Source: Bacteroidota bacterium (GTDB lineage Bacteria; Bacteroidota; Bacteroidia; 2-12-FULL-35-15). Taken from it: DNA of 64,000 nucleotides. This document shows positions 21,028 to 31,117 of the stretch, piece by piece (position 1 is the stretch's first letter; the number at the start of each line of letters is the position of its first letter). The stretch covers positions 4,321 through 68,320 of the forward strand of contig JAJTCJ010000003.1 of assembly GCA_021323165.1 (NCBI GenBank). The letters run 5' to 3'. Below the pieces are notes generated by a model that ran no database searches, was not told the origin of the DNA, and saw nothing but the letters and a program-made list of their open reading frames with translations. The position numbers were made by a program, and so were the translations under genes.

Positions 21028-21807
21028 ATGAACAACGATCAGTCTCAACACGACCACGCAAAAAAAGGAAGAAATATTAAAATTGCTGTAATCACTATTT
21101 TATTATTGCTCCCGATAGTTTTTCTATTAGTGAAATTCTCAAAATCTCCTTCAGGAACGGTAAATGAGAAAGCTGTAAATACTGCTGCTCCGGTAATAGA
21201 TATTGCAGGATTTGAAAATGCAGTTAAAACAAACCCAACCTTTGATAATTATATAGGTCTTTCAAATGCTTATGTTAACAGCAACATGCCGGGTAAAAGT
21301 GTGGAGCCGCTTCAAAAAGCGATTGAACTAAATCCTAAGAGCGCCATTGCTTATAACAACCTGGGTGTAGCGTATACCATGCTTCAGCAGTATAACAAAG
21401 GTATAGAAGCTTGCACTAAAGCGCTTGAGATCGATTCAAGTTTCCAGCTTGCCAAGAATAATTTAAACTGGGCAAACAGTGAAAAGAAAAATGTGGTTGC
21501 CTTTTTAGAAAAACAATCTCAAACGCCTGAGGCTTCCCGTGATGCTCAGTTTTATATTAATTATGGATTAGCGTATCTGAAGATAGGAGAGTATGATAAA
21601 AGCATTGAGGCCTGGAATCAGATCTTTAAATATGATCCAAAAAGCATTATCGCTTTGAATAATATCGGTACCGCTTTTATGATGAAGAACCAGGTTGATG
21701 ATGCAATCGCTGTATTTAAAAAGGCTGTTGAAAACGGGCCTGACGATCAGCTCTCTAAAAATAATCTCGCATGGGCAATGAGTGAAAGTGCGAAGCTGAA
21801 GAAATAA
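21028..21807 (+). CDS. membrane-anchored TPR-repeat protein
   Basis: N-terminal TM, then TPR units. ALEIDSSFQLAKNNLNWA resembles ALKIDPNHKLANGNLNWA at the C-terminus of the neighbouring TMTC-like protein. Confidence 0.75.
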   Translation: MNNDQSQHDHAKKGRNIKIAVITILLLLPIVFLLVKFSKSPSGTVNEKAVNTAAPVIDIAGFENAVKTNPTFDNYIGLSNAYVNSNMPGKSVEPLQKAIELNPKSAIAYNNLGVAYTMLQQYNKGIEACTKALEIDSSFQLAKNNLNWANSEKKNVVAFLEKQSQTPEASRDAQFYINYGLAYLKIGEYDKSIEAWNQIFKYDPKSIIALNNIGTAFMMKNQVDDAIAVFKKAVENGPDDQLSKNNLAWAMSESAKLKK

Positions 21808-22773
21808 TTAATTTTTATTAAGGAAGCTCAGCACCTTTTCGTTTACTTTTTCCGCCTGATCTATAGAAAGGAAGTGACCTGCCTTTTTTATTATTTCTGT
21901 ATTTGCATTTGGAATTAGTTTTTCAGCTCTTTCCAGACTTTTGGAATTATTTATAATATCCTTATCTCCGATAAGAACTAATACTGGTAGCTTTAAAGAT
22001 TCTAATTCCTGATCAGTGTAGATCATCATTTTTAAAAAATCCATGTCAGTTCTCATAGTTTTCATGCAGGTATAATATTGTTCAACAAATTGATCTTCCA
22101 ATTTATTTACATCATAACACATTGTTTTTAAAGTACTGCGTAAGCGATTTTTTTCCGGAACGATCGTGAAATATAAATTTTTCAAAACATTCGTTTTAGG
22201 CTTTACCATAGTAAAGGTTTGCGCGGGACTTAGTAAAATAAGTTTATCTATTTTTTTTGGTAGTTTATTTGCAAGCTCCACTCCGATCCAACCACCACGG
22301 GAAGCTCCGATAATACTGAATTTATCTAGCTTAAGCTTTTCGAAAACTTCAGAATACCATTTAACAATGTCTTCTTTCGTTCTTATGCCTTTTGAAAGAA
22401 TGGATTTTCCCGGTTCGGCAATATAATCAATGGCGTATGTCCGGTGTTTTTCATTTAAAGATTTAATATTAGGATACCACATGGTTGAGCTTGCATACAT
22501 TCCATGTAATAACACCAGCGGGCTACCTCTTTCCGGCCCGCTGATGACAACATGTGCTTTTCCATAACTTGTTTTAAGATAAACTTCTTCATACTTCACC
22601 GGCCATAAAGTCAAGGCTTTCGCATATGCTTCGAGATACAAATTCTCTCCTTCCTTCGTTTTAAACAGGGACGAATCCGTCATGCGTGTATTTTCGATAC
22701 AGGTGAAACTTTCTAAACTATATGCAATACTAGCCGCAATGATCAGGACGAGCAACTTGACTGTTTTCTTCAT
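21808..22773 (-). CDS. secreted alpha/beta-fold hydrolase
   Basis: Signal peptide, LLHGMYAS oxyanion region, nucleophile elbow GASRGG, and C-terminal GHF. Confidence 0.75.
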   Translation of the reverse strand: MKKTVKLLVLIIAASIAYSLESFTCIENTRMTDSSLFKTKEGENLYLEAYAKALTLWPVKYEEVYLKTSYGKAHVVISGPERGSPLVLLHGMYASSTMWYPNIKSLNEKHRTYAIDYIAEPGKSILSKGIRTKEDIVKWYSEVFEKLKLDKFSIIGASRGGWIGVELANKLPKKIDKLILLSPAQTFTMVKPKTNVLKNLYFTIVPEKNRLRSTLKTMCYDVNKLEDQFVEQYYTCMKTMRTDMDFLKMMIYTDQELESLKLPVLVLIGDKDIINNSKSLERAEKLIPNANTEIIKKAGHFLSIDQAEKVNEKVLSFLNKN

Positions 22774-22909
22774 GACATGTCTCTTAAAACAATTTACTTT
22801 AGAGTTTTAAAAATTGATGCCAAGGCCATTGAATGTGCCGATAATATTGACTTTGGGATCTGGTTGGAAGAAATTACACGATGAATGGCTTAATTGGAAG
22901 GTTGACAAA

Positions 22910-23464
22910 TTAGATCCTTTTACCAGCTTCACTGGCGGTAATGAGAGGTTTCATTCTCGAAATCCTTGTTTTTTCCTGCTTTGCGCTCATTACCCAATGA
23001 ATACAAACATTGCGAAAGGAGGGTGGTAGAGCATTGAAAAACTTGTGTGCTTTTTTATTGCTCCGTAGTTGATCTTCGTATTCTTCAGAAAGGACTGATG
23101 GACATTTTTCATATGAATAGATAACCGAACGTTTTTCCTCCCTTTTTTCAAAGGCGGCTATCCCACTGGGTTTTAACATCCCATTTTCTTTAAGCTCAGA
23201 AATTTTTTTAATATTTATCGCACTCCAGATACTTTTTGGCTTTCTTGGAGTAAAGCGGATGCAATAGCTTTCTTCGTCAATAGATCTTCTGATCCCATCG
23301 ATCCAGCCAAAGCATAAAGCCTGATCTACGGATTCTGACCAGGTGAGACTAGGTTTACCGCTTTTTACTTTATAAAATCCAACAATAAGTTCTTTTTCCT
23401 TTAAATGGTTTTTCTCGAGCCACTTTCGGAAGTCGGATTGTTTGGGAAAAAAGACTGGTTCCAT
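22910..23464 (-). CDS. YdeI/OmpD-associated family protein
   Basis: FRKWLEKNH...ALCFGWIDG...RFTPRKPKSIWS pattern. Confidence 0.6.
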   Translation of the reverse strand: MEPVFFPKQSDFRKWLEKNHLKEKELIVGFYKVKSGKPSLTWSESVDQALCFGWIDGIRRSIDEESYCIRFTPRKPKSIWSAINIKKISELKENGMLKPSGIAAFEKREEKRSVIYSYEKCPSVLSEEYEDQLRSNKKAHKFFNALPPSFRNVCIHWVMSAKQEKTRISRMKPLITASEAGKRI

Positions 23465-23492
23465 TTTACAAAGTTAGCACAAAGTCTAAATT

Positions 23493-23520
23493 AAAAACGC
23501 CCCATGAAATCATGAGGCGC
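23493..23520 (-). terminator. rho-independent terminator downstream of the YceI-family gene
   Basis: 9-bp stem with one mismatch, CGCCCCATG / CATGAGGCG. The A-run at 23493-23497 gives a T-run on the minus strand. Confidence 0.55.
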
Positions 23521-23539
23521 TCACAAACAGAAATTAAAA

Positions 23540-24148
23540 TTATTTAACTGCAGCTACAACATTCACGTTTAATTCAAAGTCATCGCTGATTGCTTTATCG
23601 CCAATGCCTTCCATAAATGAAGCAGAACCGTATTTAATATCAAACTTTGTTCTGTTAACTACAATTTTAGCAACTGTCACCAATGTTTTATTATCCATTT
23701 TAATCATCGCAGGAAAAGTGATCTCATTTGTAATTCCTTTGATGGTCAATTTTCCGGTTACATCATAGTTGTTGCCTTCTTTTAATACCGCTTTCGTTAT
23801 TTCAAATTTCGCAGTTGGATTTTTTTCAACCGAAAAGAAGTCATCATTTTTTAAATGACCAACCAGTTTACCGCTCCATTCGGGGTCAGTAATATCTGTA
23901 CAGGTAATAGAATTCATATCGAACTCCAGGTTGCCGCCTGTAAGGGTTTTGCCATCACTTAAAATATTTCCTTTAGAAATACTAATCCCTCCGGAGTGTT
24001 GCCCGGTTACTTTTTTACCTAACCAGGTAGCTGATGTTGACTTTGTGTCTACTGTATAAGTAACACCTTTTTTAACTTCATTTGTTGTGAAAGCCATTGC
24101 TGTTACTGCAGCTATTGCAATAAAGCCCATTTTAATTTTATTGATCAT
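23540..24148 (-). CDS. YceI-family periplasmic protein
   Basis: Signal peptide and a YceI-like beta-barrel pattern (W.G.K....H.G...KFEIT...LTIKGITNEI). Confidence 0.7.
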   Translation of the reverse strand: MINKIKMGFIAIAAVTAMAFTTNEVKKGVTYTVDTKSTSATWLGKKVTGQHSGGISISKGNILSDGKTLTGGNLEFDMNSITCTDITDPEWSGKLVGHLKNDDFFSVEKNPTAKFEITKAVLKEGNNYDVTGKLTIKGITNEITFPAMIKMDNKTLVTVAKIVVNRTKFDIKYGSASFMEGIGDKAISDDFELNVNVVAAVK

Positions 24149-24233
24149 AGGATATGTTTTTATAATTACACTGCAAATATATGTATATACATATAATGTT
24201 CCAACAGTTTTTGAAAAAATATTTTGTTTTAAA

Positions 24234-24266
24234 TAAAAAAGACCTATATCGGGGCGATACAGGTCT
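24234..24266 (-). terminator. rho-independent terminator downstream of msrB
   Basis: 11-bp stem with one mismatch, GACCTATATCG / CGATACAGGTC, with a GGG loop. The A-run at 24235-24240 gives a T-run on the minus strand. Confidence 0.65.
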
Positions 24267-24285
24267 CCTTAAAAATGGGAGAATT

Positions 24286-24774
24286 TTACTTTTTAAACTC
24301 AATAGAAACTGAGTTTATGCAGTAACGTTGACCTGTAGGAGCTGGACCATCATCAAATACGTGGCCAAGATGCCCCCCGCATTTAGCGCAGGTGATCTCT
24401 GTTCTTATCATACCATGCGATTTATCTTTTGTATAGACAACCTTTGTAGAATCGATTACATCTGAAAAACTTGGCCAGCCACAGCCTGCATCAAATTTTG
24501 TATCTGATTTAAATAATTCCGCACCGCATGCAGCACATACATACGTACCTTTTTCTTTATGAAGATAATATTTGCCGGAGTATGGTGCTTCTGTTCCTTT
24601 TTCTCTTAAAACTTCATATTGCTCAGGATTCAGAATTTTTTTCCATTCTTCATCTGTTTTTTCTACTTTATCGATCATAGTGCTTTTAGGTTTTGGAGTG
24701 GTTGAGTTATTCTGGCTATTGCCTTCACAGGCAGACAAACTTATCACAAGGACCAAAAAAAATAATTTTTTCAT
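24286..24774 (-). CDS. msrB: peptide-methionine (R)-S-oxide reductase, lipoprotein form
   Basis: Zinc CxxC pairs ([21 protein letters not shown]), GCGWPSF, and catalytic RYCINS. Lipobox LVISLSAC. Confidence 0.9.
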   Translation of the reverse strand: MKKLFFLVLVISLSACEGNSQNNSTTPKPKSTMIDKVEKTDEEWKKILNPEQYEVLREKGTEAPYSGKYYLHKEKGTYVCAACGAELFKSDTKFDAGCGWPSFSDVIDSTKVVYTKDKSHGMIRTEITCAKCGGHLGHVFDDGPAPTGQRYCINSVSIEFKK

Positions 24775-24887
24775 ATTGGGTATGTTGGTTTACTCAGAGA
24801 TATTCGTGTTAAATAGCCTTTTGGTTTTATGCCTGTCGTTAATTTATGTTAAGGAATCTGTAAAAAAAATATTCCAGTTCCGGTTTA

Positions 24888-26504
24888 TTATTTAACAGGT
24901 GGTTTCGGAGGACTTTTACTTTTTGTTTTTTTTACATCCGCCTGCTCAGCGCCCGGTCGAATTAGTTTAACGTCTTTTATCTTTTCGGAAGTGTAATCCG
25001 ATTTATCAAATATGTGAACAGTTTCCGTATAATCCGCAAAATTCTCGGCAGTGACCTTAAGAATATATTTACCTGGATTTAATAAAAAAATATATTTCAT
25101 GTTTTGACCATCAATGTCTTTGGAACCAATTTCAGCATTTGTTGCTGCATCAATCAATGTTACCGTGGCCGTTAAAGTAACAAGGGAATCCTGCGTTAAG
25201 ATATTGCCTTTAAGAATGGTTTGTCTGACTTCTACCTCATTGAATGTCACTTTATAAAGATCAAGATCACCATAACCTTCCGGTCTCACAGCTGCTATGT
25301 AACCATCACGTTGATTACCGGCAAGAGTGAATTCCATGTTGTCTTCAGGAGTATTGATAGGATAACCTATATTTACAGAAGGCCCGAAAGTCTTACTGAC
25401 AGAATCATAAACGGACTTAAATATGTCAAATCCGCCCATGCTTTTTGGTCCTTCGGAAGCAAAATATAATGTTCTGCTGTTCTCATCATAGATCGGGAAA
25501 GCTTCCCTGTATTTTGTATTAATGTTAGGACCAAGATTTACTGGTTTGGCCCATTCTCCATTTGGTAATTTTTTCAGCATGTAAAGATCAGTTTCGCCCA
25601 AACCTCCTTTTCTGTCTGATGAAATAATTACTGTTTTAAGATCACTTGTGATACAGCCTTCAAGTTCCAGATCTGCAGTGTTTACCGGCTCAGTGAAAGA
25701 GGTCGGTTTTGGAAAAGTTTTTCCTTTACCTGATGAAGTAATAAAAAGATCTCCGGAAATATTCATTCGGACATTATCCTGATATACTATCATGTTTTTT
25801 CCATCCGGTGTAACGTATACACACTGCTCATCTTCTGCGGTATTAACAAGAGTTCCCAAGTTTTTTGCTTTAGTGAACGCGCCATTCACAACTTTTGATG
25901 AATAAATATCCGATGTATAAAAACCTTCCCAGCTTGTTACGCTTCCTGTATTGGTTTCTCTCCTTGAAGTAAAATACAATGTGCCTTCGCTTTGGATCAC
26001 ATAGGGATAATAATCAGGATATTTTGAATTCACAGCTTTTCCTAAATTTTCAAAACTTACATTTAAGGGCTGAGACACGATTTGTTTGGCATTATTACAA
26101 TAAGCAATGTATAAGTCTGCCATCTCATAATTCTTTTCAGCAGTTTTAGATCTGAAGAGATTGAAATATTTTAAAGCATCATCGAACTTATAAGAGTAGA
26201 GATAACCTTGCCCAAGCATGAAAACAACTTCTTCATCATTGGGATTTTTTTTAAATAGGAAATGCAGATAGGGAAGAGCTTTTGTTTTATCTCCATTTAC
26301 ACTCAGGTAACATATTGCCAGGTTTCGGTTGATCTCAGGATTACTCTGATCACTCGGCCATTGTTCAAGATAACCTGCTAAGGCGCGGTTATAATCATTG
26401 TTATCAAAATAAACTTTTGGACTTAATTTTTCTTTTGAGTTCTGAGAAATTGAAATAGTAAAAAATGTACAGAATACAAGTGTGAGAATATTGAACTGTT
26501 TCAT
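24888..26504 (-). CDS. TPR + PD40 (TolB-like) repeat periplasmic protein
   Basis: Signal peptide, N-terminal TPR, repeated PD40-like units (LYFTSRR, VYVTPDGKNMIV, LYFASEG), and a Pro/Lys-rich tail. No OmpA domain. Confidence 0.65.
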   Translation of the reverse strand: MKQFNILTLVFCTFFTISISQNSKEKLSPKVYFDNNDYNRALAGYLEQWPSDQSNPEINRNLAICYLSVNGDKTKALPYLHFLFKKNPNDEEVVFMLGQGYLYSYKFDDALKYFNLFRSKTAEKNYEMADLYIAYCNNAKQIVSQPLNVSFENLGKAVNSKYPDYYPYVIQSEGTLYFTSRRETNTGSVTSWEGFYTSDIYSSKVVNGAFTKAKNLGTLVNTAEDEQCVYVTPDGKNMIVYQDNVRMNISGDLFITSSGKGKTFPKPTSFTEPVNTADLELEGCITSDLKTVIISSDRKGGLGETDLYMLKKLPNGEWAKPVNLGPNINTKYREAFPIYDENSRTLYFASEGPKSMGGFDIFKSVYDSVSKTFGPSVNIGYPINTPEDNMEFTLAGNQRDGYIAAVRPEGYGDLDLYKVTFNEVEVRQTILKGNILTQDSLVTLTATVTLIDAATNAEIGSKDIDGQNMKYIFLLNPGKYILKVTAENFADYTETVHIFDKSDYTSEKIKDVKLIRPGAEQADVKKTKSKSPPKPPVK

Positions 26505-26579
26505 GTGTCACTATTTAGGTGTATTTCAAATATACAAAAAAAGAAACGGATTATTTCTCTGATAAAATTCAAAAATCAC

Positions 26580-28118
26580 CTATCCTGCCCAGCCTTCTCT
26601 GTCCAGACTCCTATACTGAATTGCTTCTGCAAGATGATTTGTTTCAATTTTCTCACTCGCGTCAAGATCCGCAACAGTTCGTGCAACTTTTAGAATTCGG
26701 TCGTAAGCCCTTGCTGATAAGCCCAGGCGTTCCATTGCTGTTTTTAATAATTGGTTTCCTGCTTCGTCAATGCTGCAGACTTCTCTTAATTGTTTAGAGC
26801 TTATCTGAGCATTACAATGAACTCCATCCGCATTTGTATATCTTTTGCTTTGTATTTCCCTTGCGCGGATCACTCTTTCCCTCACCGCATAGCTTTTTTC
26901 AGAGATTCTTTCTGCTGCAAGTTCAGTGTATGATACAGGAGTTACTTCAACATGTATATCGATCCTGTCAAGTAAAGGACCTGAGATCTTATTTAAATAT
27001 TTTTGTACTACACCGGGAGGACAGACGCAGTCTTTTTCAGGGTGGTTATAAAAGCCGCAAGGACATGGATTCATTGATGCTATCAGCATAAAGCTTGCAG
27101 GATATTCAACTGAAAACTTTGCTCTGGAAACTGTAACGATCCTGTCTTCAAGAGGCTGACGCATAACTTCCAATACAGTTCTTTTGAACTCCGGCAGTTC
27201 ATCGAGGAATAAAACACCATTATGAGACAGGGAAATTTCTCCGGGTTGAGGAACGCTGCCGCCCCCGACCAGCGCGACATCCGAAATGGTATGATGAGGG
27301 CTTCTGAATGGCCTGATTGAAACCAATCCTGTGTTTTTTCCCATCTTGCCGGCAACACTATGGATCTTGGTTGTCTCAAGTGCTTCATGTAAATTCATTG
27401 GAGGCAGAATTGTTGGAAGTCGTTTTGCAAGCATTGTTTTTCCCGCTCCGGGAGGTCCGATAAGTATTACATTATGTCCTCCGGCTGCCGCAATTTCCAA
27501 TGCCCGCTTAATATTCTCCTGGCCCTTAACATCCGAGAAATCAAACTCCGCTTCATTTAATTTTGTAAAAAAATCATCGTGAGTATCTATTACAGTAGGT
27601 TGAAGTTCGGACCGTTCATTAAAAAAATCGATGACTTCTTTTATATTCTCAACGCCATAAACATCAATTCCACTTACTATTGCAGCTTCTTTAACATTTT
27701 GAATCGGGAGGATAATGCCTTTGAATTTTTCTTCTCTTGCTTTTATAGCGATCGGTAAAACTCCTTTGATTGGCTGCAAACCTCCATCGAGGGAAAGCTC
27801 GCCCATGATAATATAATCCCCGACTTTATCTGATTTTATCTGTTCTGAAGCTGCTAAAATGCCCACAGCAATAGTAAGATCATAAGCAGAACCTTCCTTT
27901 CGAATGTCGGCAGGAGCCATGTTTATAACGATACTTTTTCCGGGAATCTTATATCCGTTATTCTTTAATGCGGCATCAATTCGCTGTTGGCTTTCCTTTA
28001 CAGCACTGTCGGGCAGGCCAACAAGTAAGAAATTAACTCCGGGATTAATATTGGTTTCAACAGTTACTGTTGTTGCACTGATACCATAAACGGCACTTCC
28101 AAATGTTTTTATAAGCAT
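26580..28118 (-). CDS. comM: YifB/ComM-family Mg-chelatase-like ATPase
   Basis: Walker A GPPGAGKT, LFLDELPEF (Walker B), and a Cys cluster CPCGFYNHPEKDCVC. Confidence 0.9.
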   Translation of the reverse strand: MLIKTFGSAVYGISATTVTVETNINPGVNFLLVGLPDSAVKESQQRIDAALKNNGYKIPGKSIVINMAPADIRKEGSAYDLTIAVGILAASEQIKSDKVGDYIIMGELSLDGGLQPIKGVLPIAIKAREEKFKGIILPIQNVKEAAIVSGIDVYGVENIKEVIDFFNERSELQPTVIDTHDDFFTKLNEAEFDFSDVKGQENIKRALEIAAAGGHNVILIGPPGAGKTMLAKRLPTILPPMNLHEALETTKIHSVAGKMGKNTGLVSIRPFRSPHHTISDVALVGGGSVPQPGEISLSHNGVLFLDELPEFKRTVLEVMRQPLEDRIVTVSRAKFSVEYPASFMLIASMNPCPCGFYNHPEKDCVCPPGVVQKYLNKISGPLLDRIDIHVEVTPVSYTELAAERISEKSYAVRERVIRAREIQSKRYTNADGVHCNAQISSKQLREVCSIDEAGNQLLKTAMERLGLSARAYDRILKVARTVADLDASEKIETNHLAEAIQYRSLDREGWAG

Positions 28119-28294
28119 AGATCATTTTATATAACAGTTTTGGAGTAGGCTGCGAAAATACAAATTTCAGGTAAATCACATAATTTAAATGATCTGAAAC
28201 TAAGCTTTCGATTACTAAGAATAAATCCAATAAGCTTCACATTTTTACTTTTAATTGGTATATTAGCTCTTGTAAAAATTTTATACACAAGAAA

Positions 28295-30331
28295 ATGAAA
28301 AAAGCTACACTTTTAATTGCCTGTGTTTGTTCTGTTTTAGGAGCAAGTGCACAAACCTTTTCGGATAACTTCGAAAGTTATACTGTAAACACTCCATTAT
28401 TGGGAATGCAATCCCCGAATTGGAGAACATGGTCTTCTGCAACCGGTGGTGGTACTGAAGATGTTCCAGTTGTTACAACGGATAACCACACGACTGCCGG
28501 ATCGAAATCAATTTATTTTTCGTCTACTTCGGCCACTGGCGGACCGGATGATGTGATCCTTCCTTTTGGAACATCACCTTTGACTACCGGACAGTTTACA
28601 TTCACTTCATGGTTTAAAATTCCTTCCGGAAAAACAGCATATTTCAATTTTCAGGGAAATGCAACAATGGGGAATTTATATGTTTTGGATTGCTGGATGG
28701 ATAATTCAGGTGGCATAACAATTCAAAATAGCGGCACCACAGTTATGACAAGCACATATCCTGTTGGATCCTGGTTCGAATTAAAGATAGATGTTAATCT
28801 TAACACTAATACCTGGACATTGCTTGTTGACGGAGTTTCTGCAGGTTCATGGTCAAATGCGAGTAATCAGGTATATGCTATAGATTATTATCCTGCTGAT
28901 GCAAGCGCAAAATTCTGGGTTGATGATGTTTCTTACAATGTAGTACCATACACACTTCCTGCTGTTAACGGTGCTAACAACCTGATTTCTGTAACAAACG
29001 GATTAGTTGGTCAGCAAAGAAATGTATCTGTTAAAATGCGTAATCTAGGTACAACAGCAATTACTTCTTTTGATATGACACTTGTACATAATGGCGGCAC
29101 TCCTGTGGTTCAAAATGTAACGGGAGTAAACATTGCTTCATTGGCTACTTATGTGGTTAACTTTTCTGCACCTGTTACACTTGCTGCCGGGACAAACACA
29201 TTTACAGCAACTATCAGTAATGTTAATGGTACTTCTCCTGATGGTGATTCAAGTGATGATATGATCACTCAATCACTAACACCTGTTCAGCCCGCTGCTG
29301 GTAAAGTTGTTGTAGCTGAAGAAGGAACCGGCACATGGTGCCAATGGTGTCCTCGTGGTGCTGTTTATATGGATATGATGCAGGAGAAATATGATGATTA
29401 TTATGCAGGAATTGCGGTTCATAATGGAGATCCAATGGTTGTTTCAGCTTATGATGCAGCTATCGGAGGTTTGATCGCAGGTTACCCAAGTGCTCTTGTA
29501 GACAGAGGAGCGGAGATCGATCCAAGCGGAATTGAAGGTGATTTCTTAAACAGAATCGTTGTTGCTCCAGAAGGAACAATTGTTAATGGTGCAACATATA
29601 ACACATCAACGCGTGTTTTAAATGTATCTGTTACTACGACTTTAATGACTAATATTTCAGGTAATTATAAATTAGCTGCAGTTATAACAGAAGATAGTGT
29701 TACAGGTACTACCAGTGCGTATAATCAGTCGAATGCTTATGCTGGCGGTGCATCCGGGCCAATGGGCGGATTTGAGTCTATGCCTAATCCTGTTCCTGCT
29801 GCTCAGATGAACTATAACCACGTTGCACGTGTTTTAAGTCCAAGCTTTGCAGGTATGCCTTATGCATTTGGAAGCAGCGCAACAAGCGGGCAAGTATTTA
29901 CTTATAACTTTAGTTATACACTACCTGCATCCTGGGATCCAAATCAGATCCATATTATTGGAATGATGATCGATCCGTCAGGTACAATTAATAACGCTGG
30001 TAAAGCGACAATCGCGGAAGCTGTAGCTAATGGATATGTTTCTGGTGGTACAGTTGGTATCACAACTCTTGCTTCTGCTCCAGATGATATTATGTTAATG
30101 CCTAATCCGGCTAACACATTGACTAATATCTCTATGACATTAGAAAATGATTCGGAACTTAATATCGAAGTATTCTCTTCAAATGGAAAACTGGTTGCTT
30201 CTAAATATTATGGTAAAATGAGCGGTGCTTATAATTTCCCGATCGACACACAGGAATTTGCAAAAGGAGTTTATTTTGTAAAAGTAAGTGTGAATGGTCA
30301 GCCGAAAGTTCTGAAACTAATAAAAGAATAA
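28295..30331 (+). CDS. T9SS type-A CTD cargo with thioredoxin-like CxxC region (Omp28-related)
   Basis: Signal peptide, EEGTGTWCQWCPRG motif, and a C-terminal MPNPANTLTNISM...GVYFVKVSVNGQPKVLKLIKE sorting domain. Confidence 0.6.
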   Translation: MKKATLLIACVCSVLGASAQTFSDNFESYTVNTPLLGMQSPNWRTWSSATGGGTEDVPVVTTDNHTTAGSKSIYFSSTSATGGPDDVILPFGTSPLTTGQFTFTSWFKIPSGKTAYFNFQGNATMGNLYVLDCWMDNSGGITIQNSGTTVMTSTYPVGSWFELKIDVNLNTNTWTLLVDGVSAGSWSNASNQVYAIDYYPADASAKFWVDDVSYNVVPYTLPAVNGANNLISVTNGLVGQQRNVSVKMRNLGTTAITSFDMTLVHNGGTPVVQNVTGVNIASLATYVVNFSAPVTLAAGTNTFTATISNVNGTSPDGDSSDDMITQSLTPVQPAAGKVVVAEEGTGTWCQWCPRGAVYMDMMQEKYDDYYAGIAVHNGDPMVVSAYDAAIGGLIAGYPSALVDRGAEIDPSGIEGDFLNRIVVAPEGTIVNGATYNTSTRVLNVSVTTTLMTNISGNYKLAAVITEDSVTGTTSAYNQSNAYAGGASGPMGGFESMPNPVPAAQMNYNHVARVLSPSFAGMPYAFGSSATSGQVFTYNFSYTLPASWDPNQIHIIGMMIDPSGTINNAGKATIAEAVANGYVSGGTVGITTLASAPDDIMLMPNPANTLTNISMTLENDSELNIEVFSSNGKLVASKYYGKMSGAYNFPIDTQEFAKGVYFVKVSVNGQPKVLKLIKE

Positions 30332-30346
30332 TAAAATATGTATTAA

Positions 30347-30381
30347 TAAAAAAGGCTCCCAGAAAATGAGAGCCTTTTTTA
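30347..30381. terminator. bidirectional hairpin terminator between convergent genes
   Basis: GGCTC / GAGCC stem flanked by an A-run (30347-30353) and a T-run (30375-30380). Confidence 0.65.
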
Positions 30382-30951
30382 TTTTAAAGAGTTTTCAATT
30401 ACATCTATAAGAGTATGAATAACTTTAATATGGATCTCCTGGACACGATCGGCATAATCACTCCGGGGCGCACGTATTTCCACATCACACAGGGAGGCAA
30501 TCTTTCCTCCGTCTTTGCCTGTTAAAGCAATAACAGTCATTCCTTTTTCTTTTGCCGCGTTAACCGCGTTGATAACATTGGCGGAATTTCCGCTGGTGCT
30601 GATTGCAAGTAGAACATCTTCTTTTTTTCCAAGAGCTTCTATATATCTTGAAAATATTTTATCAAATCCGTAATCATTGGCAACGCAAGTGATATGTGAA
30701 GGATCAGAAATAGAAATTGCTGGCAGAGCTGCTCTTTCATTCCGGAATCTGCCGCTAAGCTCTTCAGCGAAATGCATAGCATCACACATTGATCCTCCGT
30801 TGCCGCACGAAATGATCTTCCCACCATTTTTAACAGCATTCACCATTAGCGTAGCGGCACTTTCAATAGCTTTAATATTAGATGGATCTGCGATGAAGTT
30901 GGAAAGAACTTGATGCGCTTCTTTTAAATTTTGCTCAATCAGATTTTTCAT
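30379..30951 (-). CDS. gmhA: D-sedoheptulose-7-phosphate isomerase (SIS)
   Basis: [17 protein letters not shown] and ISTSGNS motifs, 190 aa. Confidence 0.85.
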   Translation of the reverse strand: MKNLIEQNLKEAHQVLSNFIADPSNIKAIESAATLMVNAVKNGGKIISCGNGGSMCDAMHFAEELSGRFRNERAALPAISISDPSHITCVANDYGFDKIFSRYIEALGKKEDVLLAISTSGNSANVINAVNAAKEKGMTVIALTGKDGGKIASLCDVEIRAPRSDYADRVQEIHIKVIHTLIDVIENSLK

Positions 30952-31117
30952 TAAAGCGAATGTACGAATTAATAATAATCAATTCAGAACCACCTTTAAT
31001 TCAATCAAATTAGATAAATATTAAAAGGATTTTCGGGATCTCAATTGGTAAAAATCAGGAAAATATTAAAATATTAAATGGAAATTTCTTAAATTGCAAT
31101 CGAAAACACATTCCAAC

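Noticed and set aside
20871-21080. 69-aa ORF spanning the divergent promoter region and the start of the TPR gene
   Set aside because: It overlaps both neighbouring starts, has a Lys/Arg-rich nonsense tail, and has no signal or motif.
22814-23029. 71-aa ORF between the hydrolase and YdeI genes
   Set aside because: Its 3' half is antisense to the YdeI-family gene, and there is no motif.
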